Source of the DNA: a virus
Length of the DNA stretch: 64,000 nt
Virus record (IMG/VR): IMGVR_UViG_3300025195_000002
Strand: one strand, 5' to 3'
Shown here: one piece after another, positions 55,935 through 64,000 of the stretch
Position numbering within the stretch: the stretch's first letter is position 1
How the letters are laid out: each line of letters starts with the position of its first letter
The notes under the pieces: model-generated
What the model was told of the DNA's origin: nothing
Seen by the model: only the letters and a program-made list of their open reading frames with translations
Databases searched by the model: none
Program-made: the position numbers and the translations under genes

Positions 55935-58802
55935 CTATCGACCGGTTTTATTTATAAAACCAAGAGGACGCGTGTGATAGGCGTAACCTTCAATGATTTT
56001 ATTACCCAACTTATCCGTTATATAAGAGAAACGGGTACGGGAGGTGGTTGTAAACTGACCGTCGTCTCCTTTAGCAGAAGGCTGTACTAGTTCTAAGACC
56101 GGCGCATAGCCGTTACTTGCATAGATCTTATAATCATCGTAATTTATTTCGTAATTAGACAAATCAGATGAAATGAGCGGAAGGTCTAGGTCGTCTAACA
56201 CATTGAGCGTATATTTCTCCAGAATTGGATTATTACTATTTATAAAACGAATGTGTTGACCTTTACTTACCGTTCTAGGCGTTGTATCCGATAGATCTAC
56301 CTCAATGGCGTTATCGTCAAAGAAGTTATAAGCCATCTCTTTATATAACACCCCCATCCATGCTAAACCAATACTATTTTCTACATCTTCACGCGCAATG
56401 TAAGGTAATACTTTAACACTAGGACCTACTGCATTATACAACACTTCCTGATGACGTATAGGTCTTTCCAACTCGATGGTAGGAAAAGATGATAGTCCAT
56501 AGCTGATTCGGTTATAAGGCGCTTCCTCTAACAGGTAAGAGAGAAACTCACGGTTACTATTTTCTGTAGGTATTTTACCTATCAGGTTTTTAATAACCAT
56601 ACCACCTTTCTCACTCTCCCTGTTCATCAAATGCCAGACTCTGTCTGAGTACTCACTTGCTGGTGGGAATGGTGCCCTTATGATGTTAAAAAGTAAAGAA
56701 GGGGTGCTATATAACAACGCAAGTAAGTTACCGGAACCGTTAGTAATGGTTGCGGCATTATTACTCGATAAGAAAGCCGGTATATATGTGGTGTTACCAA
56801 CTGTTGAATTAGTAAATGATTCATAGTCGGTACTTACAATACACTGTACAGAGTAATTATTCTCTACTAACCGGCTAGCTTCCACCGTAGGGTCATTACC
56901 AACAAGGTCTACAGGTAACCAACGTGCAGCCATAATCGGATTAGAGCCAAAGTTTTGATATAGCGATACTAAACTATCAGGCTCTGCTATAATGTCCATA
57001 ACCGGAATTTCAGCATCTCCTACTTTGGTATGTAGATAATCTACAATAACCAACTCATCTCCAGCTTCCCACGTTGCAACGCGGTCCGGCTCAAACGCAT
57101 TAGGTACGTACTGCCACTCGTACATGTGGTAATCAGCACTTTCTGGCAGGGCTTTTATCACCTCTTCGTTAGTGTTAGTTAGAATGTAGTAAACACCTTT
57201 AATGGATTCATTTTTGGTCTTATTATAAACCTGAATACCTCTAACATGCGTTTCGTTAGCTTGGTTGAGGCTAACACTTGGCAAAATATCACCATTTGCT
57301 CTTGCTTCAACAATCGTCGCTTCGGTAACGCGCATTTTTAAGATGTCTTCCCACGGCCGTTGCCTTAACATAGTCAGGTTGAGAAAGTGTTCATCAGGAT
57401 TATTACTGATACCGTTGGCCGGTATACGTAGATCTTCAACGTTATCCTGTTTAACCACATCATGATAAAGTCCCTGGGGGTTTCCTGAATACCCACTATC
57501 AAGGTTCCCTGAGTTATGCCAAACACCTGGCGACATAGCCGTAGAGGTGATGGCAAAGCAATCTGCAACAGTCACAGCAGCTTGTACGTTATTTGACAAC
57601 CATGAGCCAGCGCCTGCCGTATCAAGACGAGAAAAACCAGCAGTCCCAAATGGATTTAGGATAGGGTGGTAAGCACCACGGTTGCGGCGACGCATACGAC
57701 AGATAGACATAAAGAACATCGTATCACCTTCCGTTATAGCACTATTTGGCGCATATATCGGATTGGTAGCCGCAATACCAAATGATGTATCTTTTGGAAA
57801 ATCAAAATGGCCGTTGGTCAGTAGGTAGTTAAAGTCCACGTCCTCTTCAGGTCTGGCATACTGCGGTAGCTTGGATGTCAATTTACCTTGAGGCTTAATA
57901 TAGGTAAAATGGTCACCAATAGCGTCTGGTAAATTAAAGTAAGGATAAGCTCGATTAAACCCTAGACCTTTAGACGATATAACGCGATGACGGTACTGCC
58001 ACTGAAACGCCCGGCCATCTTTAAAGAAGATGTTGTTACGGGGGTCTGTATAAAAGACTTCTCTTTCTTCTGGCGAAAGCTCGTCCCATCGCGCACCATA
58101 ACTTTCGCGATGGTGTTCACCAGGGTACGATGATGTATATTCATCCGGCATGATATTAGGACTTAAAGCCAATACTTCATTTCTGTTACGTATGCCGGTG
58201 TAACCTGTAGGACCATGTTGCACGTTACCGTAAGGATAGACCGCTGGGACTCGGTTATCCCCTTCACCCAGCTCTACTAAGAAAACCTCTAAACCAACAA
58301 GATCTTCGTGAGTACACCCTTCTACTTTTTCAAAATACGTGGTATCAGTTAAAGGGGTTTGGGCCGGTGCGGGGTTATAACTAACAGTAACGTAAACGTC
58401 ATTATCCTTTACTACATACTCGCCCTGAACGTATTCTTTACTAGTCGAAGTAGAGGTTTCAACATTAGCAATTGGCGCTTCGGGTAGGGGTACTAAGTTG
58501 TTGTCTAATGAACCCCAACGGTTACCTAGTACATGGATAATAATACCATCAACCATGTATATAGGGTTATCGCTGCCACTTTGACCATCAGCATCGTTAT
58601 TGCCTCGGCCAAAACGCATTTGGTTAGATAGGGTGGGAAACCACATACCGCCAGGGCCTAGCGGCCGGTCTTCTAACTGGCGACCTTGTTCAATATAGCC
58701 GCTTGATACAAACTTCTCGCGGTTATTAGCCCGCATAGCCTCGAAGCTAGCCAAACTCATCGGTGGTTGGAGATCCGGTAACCGATTTGCTAAGTTATTC
58801 AT
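55935..58802 (-). CDS. Large tail-fibre/receptor-binding protein, paralogue 3
   Basis: 955 aa; same motif series. Confidence 0.65.
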   Translation of the reverse strand: MNNLANRLPDLQPPMSLASFEAMRANNREKFVSSGYIEQGRQLEDRPLGPGGMWFPTLSNQMRFGRGNNDADGQSGSDNPIYMVDGIIIHVLGNRWGSLDNNLVPLPEAPIANVETSTSTSKEYVQGEYVVKDNDVYVTVSYNPAPAQTPLTDTTYFEKVEGCTHEDLVGLEVFLVELGEGDNRVPAVYPYGNVQHGPTGYTGIRNRNEVLALSPNIMPDEYTSSYPGEHHRESYGARWDELSPEEREVFYTDPRNNIFFKDGRAFQWQYRHRVISSKGLGFNRAYPYFNLPDAIGDHFTYIKPQGKLTSKLPQYARPEEDVDFNYLLTNGHFDFPKDTSFGIAATNPIYAPNSAITEGDTMFFMSICRMRRRNRGAYHPILNPFGTAGFSRLDTAGAGSWLSNNVQAAVTVADCFAITSTAMSPGVWHNSGNLDSGYSGNPQGLYHDVVKQDNVEDLRIPANGISNNPDEHFLNLTMLRQRPWEDILKMRVTEATIVEARANGDILPSVSLNQANETHVRGIQVYNKTKNESIKGVYYILTNTNEEVIKALPESADYHMYEWQYVPNAFEPDRVATWEAGDELVIVDYLHTKVGDAEIPVMDIIAEPDSLVSLYQNFGSNPIMAARWLPVDLVGNDPTVEASRLVENNYSVQCIVSTDYESFTNSTVGNTTYIPAFLSSNNAATITNGSGNLLALLYSTPSLLFNIIRAPFPPASEYSDRVWHLMNRESEKGGMVIKNLIGKIPTENSNREFLSYLLEEAPYNRISYGLSSFPTIELERPIRHQEVLYNAVGPSVKVLPYIAREDVENSIGLAWMGVLYKEMAYNFFDDNAIEVDLSDTTPRTVSKGQHIRFINSNNPILEKYTLNVLDDLDLPLISSDLSNYEINYDDYKIYASNGYAPVLELVQPSAKGDDGQFTTTSRTRFSYITDKLGNKIIEGYAYHTRPLGFINKTGR

Positions 58803-58830
58803 GAGTTGATACTCCTAAATTAAAATCATG

Positions 58831-59421
58831 TTAGATGTACTGAACTTTAACGGTCCAGAGATCTGTTTGTGCTTTGGTCAGAATGGCCATAAACGGCTTA
58901 TTAGTTAGCTGGACGTCGTCCGTTTCCTCGTCACCGTCAATTAACCATTTACCGCTAGTAAGTGTAACAGTAATATCACCAGCATCTTTTGATAATCGAG
59001 ATATCTCAAACTGCTGACCTATGTCGTAATTGGCTGTGTCGATGGTATATGTTACATTAGCGCCGTTACCGTATTCAACTCTAGTCAGTTGGCGGTTGGT
59101 ATCAAATGTCCGATTGCCTGAGTTGTAGTAATAGAGTGGTAATGGGTTAACGTTAGGAACGTTAGATAAACCAACCGTAGATTTAGTAACATTGTGGGGA
59201 TTAGATTCTTGAAAGTGTGCTTGTAATATAGCATCGTAATTCTGACCTAATTTAACAATATTACCCTGGTCATCCTTGGTGTAGAGTATTAAGTCTTTAA
59301 GGTTGGCCGCTAGCTCACCTTCTTCAAGAAGAACAGGCTGTGGTTCAGCATTAGGTGTAATAGAACGCCTAATTAACAATGGACTTAATGCGGTACCACC
59401 GGGGGTGGTTATTGAAGGCAT
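58831..59421 (-). CDS. Tail-associated protein with Mtd-N-like module
   Basis: 'IRRSITPNAEPQPVLLEEGELAANLKDLILYTKD' and 'NPHNVTKSTVGLSNVPN'. Confidence 0.6.
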   Translation of the reverse strand: MPSITTPGGTALSPLLIRRSITPNAEPQPVLLEEGELAANLKDLILYTKDDQGNIVKLGQNYDAILQAHFQESNPHNVTKSTVGLSNVPNVNPLPLYYYNSGNRTFDTNRQLTRVEYGNGANVTYTIDTANYDIGQQFEISRLSKDAGDITVTLTSGKWLIDGDEETDDVQLTNKPFMAILTKAQTDLWTVKVQYI

Positions 59422-59433
59422 GATAAACTCTCC

Positions 59434-59853
59434 TTATAGTCCCGATGGGATTTCAATGGCGGTAGCAGGAGCGAAGATAGATTCAAGATCAGATTCTGTA
59501 TAGATACCTAATCCTTCTATTACGGGCCTTAACCTTTCATCGTTAAGATTAATGTACTCGCGAGACCGTAGGTTAGTCAAGTACTTATATAACACCATGT
59601 TAGGTGGGTCTTGATCCATACCGGCCTTAGACATGGCGTATATTGTTTCAAGTTTATTATCAATATCTAGTCGATCAAGAAATGAGGCGACTGATATAAT
59701 GTACGTATCAACAACCCCGATCGCAATCGTTTCGCTCTGGAAAGTAATTACCTTGGACGTGTTATCAGAAAAGTTTTTTCTTATCTGATCTCCATCTTCC
59801 GGTTCCTCTCCAGGACGACTGAGGTTATCAATCGACACAATCGTCCTACTCAT
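59434..59853 (-). CDS. Hypothetical protein in tail cluster (possible fibre chaperone)
   Basis: 139 aa, coupled; 'FLDRL..D.KLE.I' and 'YINLNDERL' resemble small fibre-assembly proteins. Confidence 0.45.
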   Translation of the reverse strand: MSRTIVSIDNLSRPGEEPEDGDQIRKNFSDNTSKVITFQSETIAIGVVDTYIISVASFLDRLDIDNKLETIYAMSKAGMDQDPPNMVLYKYLTNLRSREYINLNDERLRPVIEGLGIYTESDLESIFAPATAIEIPSGL

Positions 59854-60419
59854 AACTCATCTCCTATCAAATAATCACAGGTAAGGGTTTGCCTAGAGCT
59901 CCAGCTATACATGTTGGCATATTCAATCTTAAGTTGGTTTTCAAAATGAACACCCCCCTTAAAGAAATTCTGCCTGTATTCTTCCGTGATAGTTTCTCTA
60001 TCTTTAAAAAAGTAGAATCCCCCTACTGACCCCCAAGAGGACCCTTCCGACCAATACCCCCAAGCTAGGTGTCCATAATTCCAATTATTGGTGAATGTAA
60101 CACTTGACTCTCCATCGACGGTAATTCTTAGATACATGGGTTGTTTTAATCCATGTATAGCGCTAAGTACTCCTTTTCCATTTAACTGAAGATAAGGCTT
60201 AAAAACATTAGCATCCCCTCTGTCAGTTTTAAATGGGTCTCGAGAATAGCTACTGTCGTGCCTCTCAGAGAATTGGGTTACCATGAAAGGCGCTGGGACA
60301 TTGCCAACAAGATTACCCATGACCGATGTTGCGAACACTGCGTCTCGCAATGGTATTTTGGGATAATAGAATTTTTCTACTTCTTCAACCGGAAGTAGGG
60401 TATAGAGTTCACGTGGCAT
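59850..60419 (-). CDS. Hypothetical protein in tail cluster
   Basis: 189 aa, aromatic/Gly-rich beta-type composition. Confidence 0.45.
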   Translation of the reverse strand: MPRELYTLLPVEEVEKFYYPKIPLRDAVFATSVMGNLVGNVPAPFMVTQFSERHDSSYSRDPFKTDRGDANVFKPYLQLNGKGVLSAIHGLKQPMYLRITVDGESSVTFTNNWNYGHLAWGYWSEGSSWGSVGGFYFFKDRETITEEYRQNFFKGGVHFENQLKIEYANMYSWSSRQTLTCDYLIGDEL

Positions 60420-60491
60420 CTTTTAACCTACTTAACAGTTTGTTATAACAAGACTGCTATCGGTTTACACATTGTACTTAAACTTCCAGAA

Positions 60492-61580
60492 TTAGTAAGA
60501 AATTGGTCTATCCACATAAGTTCTCCACTCAGTGTTTACAGTGTCAATTTGCTCCTGTAAACCCTTTGTTTCAGATTGTGGATCGCCAATAACAATATCC
60601 GTTAAGTCGGGGTTCTTACCCCACAACCAACCTGCTCGATATGTTTCTCCATTTTCACAAGTTGTCGTTATCCGTGTAACACAGATATGCATGTCGTCCC
60701 AGTTCGCACTATTGTCATCCAACTCCAGATACAGTGCGTTGCGGGTAGCGTCGAAGTATTTAAAGGCATACTTAAGTTTTTCGCCAGCCAGTTCGGTACC
60801 ATGCATGTTGACCAACACATTGTCCCCTTCAATCTCTTTATAAGAGAGGGAGTATCGGGCAACACCTTTTGAAGATATCAACTCAAATTCAATAACGTTA
60901 ATAGCGTTTTGCCCTATTGAACGATTAATCAGTAAACGTAGCGCGCCGACATAATCGCCCGGTACAAAAGATGCTTCATCTTGAGTAATGAGTTTAGAAT
61001 GACCAACGTCAGATGTCTTCTTAGCAAGCTGTTTGAGTATTTGTTCAACAAACGCTTCGTTAGATACATCAACAGCCTGCTTGACTTCACCAATAACTTC
61101 TACCAGTTCACTCAGTCCCACTAAGTCATAGCCGCTATGTTGGTGATCGGCAGGTGGGAAGACTTCTGGTTTATTCTTAATGTCATCCCAGTTAACCGTG
61201 AGGTCGGAGACTTCAAGTGTCGATAAGACTTCTTGAATAGCGGCTGCCTCAGAGGCATACCGCTCACCTACTGTCTGATAACTTAAGAGTAAAGTATCAG
61301 TGGTTAGGTTCTCATTAAGCAAAGCTACCGCAGTCACTACTTCATGACCTGTCTCCATCGTCGCTTCTTGATACAGGTAGACTAATTTATAGTCATCACC
61401 AGGCACTAAGGGATTACCACCCTGTGGCGTTAATGTAAAGCCCTGTGCATAAAACGGCGTGTGGGTAGGTACAATAATCTGGTTAGTCACTGTTGATAAG
61501 GTAACAATTTCACCCGAGATCGCGTTAGTCTGAGCGACAGCTGTCGGGTCAAACGGGTATTTTTGTAATTCAGGTAACAT
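60492..61580 (-). CDS. Tail fibre/baseplate protein, phiKZ gp131-135-like family
   Basis: N-terminal 'YPFDPTAVAQTNAISGE....IIVP..TPFY' and 'W..I.NKP..FPP..H.H...DL.GL..LVE.I'. Confidence 0.7.
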   Translation of the reverse strand: MLPELQKYPFDPTAVAQTNAISGEIVTLSTVTNQIIVPTHTPFYAQGFTLTPQGGNPLVPGDDYKLVYLYQEATMETGHEVVTAVALLNENLTTDTLLLSYQTVGERYASEAAAIQEVLSTLEVSDLTVNWDDIKNKPEVFPPADHQHSGYDLVGLSELVEVIGEVKQAVDVSNEAFVEQILKQLAKKTSDVGHSKLITQDEASFVPGDYVGALRLLINRSIGQNAINVIEFELISSKGVARYSLSYKEIEGDNVLVNMHGTELAGEKLKYAFKYFDATRNALYLELDDNSANWDDMHICVTRITTTCENGETYRAGWLWGKNPDLTDIVIGDPQSETKGLQEQIDTVNTEWRTYVDRPISY

Positions 61581-61653
61581 GACCTGCTCCTTAGTGAGAT
61601 TGCATAGGTGGGTAGGGATTTACCCTACCCACCGATGTGTTTAAGATTAGTGA

Positions 61654-62253
61654 TTATACCGCACCGGCGATGACAATCCATTTTGATTCCGCTTTAATCC
61701 AACGCAACCAAACCCAACCGTAATCTGATGAAATGGTAAGAGGTTCATCAGAAGCCACATCTTCAATAGGACCATTGATATTAATCGCATAGTTAGAAGA
61801 ACGACCATATCTGTCTTTGACAATAATTTCTGAACCATCCAGAATGCTATCATCACTTGGTAAAGATCTGGTAACTGATTCAGCGGTCGTATCGGCTAAC
61901 CAAGTTGTCCATGGTGTTAACTCACCACTACTGGCCATGTCGTTGATCATCGTGCGAGCAATGCGACCTTCTTCATAGAGCACATTAAAAGCCTGTGCTT
62001 CAAGAACGGCCTGGTTAACACCATCTAAGGCTGATGTGGCATCGCTGGCTGCCATAATAGCAGCTTCAGTAAGGCTGTAGATGTCAGCTTTTTGAAGTTC
62101 TTGTAATGCTTTAGCATTATAGAACATATCTTCGGAAGTACGTGAACTTTCAGCTAATTTACTGAGTCGCGTATATTGACCTTCAACCAACTCTCTTACA
62201 GTTGGCGGGGTCTCGTTCGTAGTATCATTATCGGCCATTAGAGGGCACCTCAA
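61654..62253 (-). CDS. Virion structural protein (tail cluster)
   Basis: 'L..S.T.EDM.Y.AKAL..L' N-terminus and a C-terminal 'LP.....G..I.V.D..G......I.I' beta domain. Confidence 0.55.
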   Translation of the reverse strand: MRCPLMADNDTTNETPPTVRELVEGQYTRLSKLAESSRTSEDMFYNAKALQELQKADIYSLTEAAIMAASDATSALDGVNQAVLEAQAFNVLYEEGRIARTMINDMASSGELTPWTTWLADTTAESVTRSLPSDDSILDGSEIIVKDRYGRSSNYAININGPIEDVASDEPLTISSDYGWVWLRWIKAESKWIVIAGAV

Positions 62254-62283
62254 ACAGAATTAGGAGTGAATAAGATGGTCGTT

Positions 62284-63405
62284 TTAAATGTGCTTAAATA
62301 GCCCGGGATAAAACGAGTTCAAACGTAGCATGGACAAACGACTTTCTATACGGTCCAAACCAACAATTTTTTCAACAATCGTTGCTTCACCAGTCACATC
62401 ATTGGCAAAATAGACGACATAGCCTTCGTTATAGATCTGTGGAACCGTAGTTCCAATGGTGATCGAACGAATAACTACATGATGATTTTTCCAATCGTCG
62501 CCTTTACCTAGATAGATAGTTGGATAGTTATCATTGTCGTAAGTAAAAAATGCATCTAAAACATGACGATAACCTTGATAGGTTGCCGTCGTATCTTCCC
62601 AACTACCACCAGCTACCGTCTGATATCGACTACCTACCAAACCTGATAGGTAGTAAATCGTGGGCTCTTCTTCACTTAATACAGCTACCTCAACCGTGAT
62701 GCGAAGAGGGTTATTAAGTTTAGGTAGGCGGATAGCGACTGACCCTACCTGGTTAGCAAAGCTATAACCGTTGGCAGGAGCGGGTTTGTGAGACCGATTA
62801 ACGACAGCCATTTGACTGATACGGTCTTCCAAACCTAAGATTTGGTCTATAGCGTGTGTGTGGTTAGCTTTATACTCACCACTTATCGCTGCCCGAATTT
62901 CCTGTAACGCCGAGATGACTTGATTCAGATCTGTCAGATCTTCACCATCGACAACGTGGGCTGAAGGAGGATAGAACTCAGGTTCTCCAATGACATCACT
63001 CATGTCTCGAGTATCAACGAACGCCGCCAAAGTACCAATAGCGGCAAGAAGCTCTCGGCCTTCTTGACTATGCGGCCCACCCATCACCTGATAGCTTTCA
63101 ATAGTAAAATTACCACTGAGTTCACGATCTAGTATTGTAAGGCTGCCAAACGCATCACCCCCTAGATTATCTTCAGGCTTGGTATATTGGTGAGTAAAGA
63201 TGTAATCCTTACCTACTACTAAAGGGTCAGCGCTATCCTCGTGGGTGAGTATGAATCCTTCTTTATAAAACGGTGATACATTGGGGATAATCAGGTGATA
63301 ATTGTCACCATTATCCGATGTAAGAACATGTTCTTCGTCCCGTCTTAAATTAGAAGCAGCCTGACCCGTCGGGTCGTAGTCGTAGAGATAGCTTGAATCT
63401 GACAT
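62284..63405 (-). CDS. Tail fibre/baseplate protein, phiKZ gp131-135-like family
   Basis: 'Y.YDPTGQAASNL...E.H.L....LIIP..SPFY', paralogous to 60492-61580. Confidence 0.7.
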   Translation of the reverse strand: MSDSSYLYDYDPTGQAASNLRRDEEHVLTSDNGDNYHLIIPNVSPFYKEGFILTHEDSADPLVVGKDYIFTHQYTKPEDNLGGDAFGSLTILDRELSGNFTIESYQVMGGPHSQEGRELLAAIGTLAAFVDTRDMSDVIGEPEFYPPSAHVVDGEDLTDLNQVISALQEIRAAISGEYKANHTHAIDQILGLEDRISQMAVVNRSHKPAPANGYSFANQVGSVAIRLPKLNNPLRITVEVAVLSEEEPTIYYLSGLVGSRYQTVAGGSWEDTTATYQGYRHVLDAFFTYDNDNYPTIYLGKGDDWKNHHVVIRSITIGTTVPQIYNEGYVVYFANDVTGEATIVEKIVGLDRIESRLSMLRLNSFYPGLFKHI

Positions 63406-63535
63406 TCTGACTGACTCCTTTGGTCATTATAGGTAAATAGAATTAATAAAAAACACAAGGTTCACATAATATTTAAGCCCCGTGTAGGTAAACTATGATT
63501 AAGCCTTAAAGATATCTATAAATAGGAGTCAGCTT

Positions 63536-64000
63536 GTGTATACCTTTATTAGTGCTTTAGTGCAACAGAAACGCACCTGGGATGCCGTTGATGTCTCTTC
63601 ACTAACTTTTTTTCAACTTTACCAAAATTATAAAAACGTCATTTTGATTGTGAACAATGGTAGTGTCGAAAAGGCGCTTGCTATTAAGGATCTCGATTAT
63701 AGTTATCGGTTTAAAAAGGTAACTATTGCTGACTGGCTACAGACCCTCACCGCTACATTACCTTGGCTAGATAGCGTTCCAACAATAGACTCTGCGCCAG
63801 GTGTTTTTTATACGGACGTATTTGATCATGACTTTACAGTAACGCGTTCAGACTACACCAAACACGTGACTAACCCAACAATAGGTCGACATGGTCCTGA
63901 TGCACTACTGACTCACGATAATATTGATTACATTCAATTATCTAAACATGCATTGTTTACGGTTAACGGGTATGTGCATCGAACTAGTGCTTCAAGTCGT
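63536..64000 (+). CDS. 5' part of a phiKZ-like virion structural protein, truncated by the window edge
   Basis: AGGAG RBS and GTG start; frame open to the window end (MYTFISALVQQKRTWDAVDVS...LFTVNGYVHRT); TATG at 63494 upstream. Confidence 0.65.
   Translation, partial: MYTFISALVQQKRTWDAVDVSSLTFFQLYQNYKNVILIVNNGSVEKALAIKDLDYSYRFKKVTIADWLQTLTATLPWLDSVPTIDSAPGVFYTDVFDHDFTVTRSDYTKHVTNPTIGRHGPDALLTHDNIDYIQLSKHALFTVNGYVHRTSASSR

Noticed and set aside
50116-58802. Diversity-generating retroelement acting on the RBPs
   Set aside because: No reverse transcriptase and no TR/VR pair differing only at adenines in the window; the shared blocks are short and fully identical.
1-64000. Stop-codon reassignment or alternative genetic code
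   Set aside because: Conserved genes are intact in the standard code, and TAA, TAG (e.g. 9730, 18450) and TGA (e.g. 19192) all end genes at sensible boundaries.

Overview
The window is a 64-kb, densely coding segment of a phiKZ-like jumbo myophage (probably Chimalliviridae; the chimallin gene itself is not in the window, so nucleus formation is inferred). The core follows phiKZ synteny: internal-head paralogues, conserved virion genes, DnaB-like helicase, major capsid protein, non-virion RNAP beta-like subunit, portal, baseplate-type genes, RuvC-like resolvase and a long minus-strand tail-fibre/RBP cluster. Between these lie accessory islands: two dTTP-supply clusters (thyA/dcd; folA/dut/tmk), NADAR, a signal-peptide endonuclease I, two tandem HDOD proteins, a holin/spanin cassette, an alpha/beta hydrolase, a 28-aa repeat protein and a duplicated HNH homing endonuclease. 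The HDOD, EndA and RBP families suggest a marine Gammaproteobacterial host (inference). Top leads: (1) an unannotated 50-aa mini-protein (8475-8627) whose last 10 residues nearly copy the redox-shuttle C-terminal tail of class Ia ribonucleotide reductase alpha; (2) a ~290-nt structured intergenic RNA candidate (3154-3445); (3) a genome-wide hairpin+TATGCCG element in place of a U-tract; (4) the HDOD pair. All family calls come from motif recognition and recalled synteny; no database search was run, and gp numbers are approximate. No tRNA, rRNA or CRISPR array was seen.
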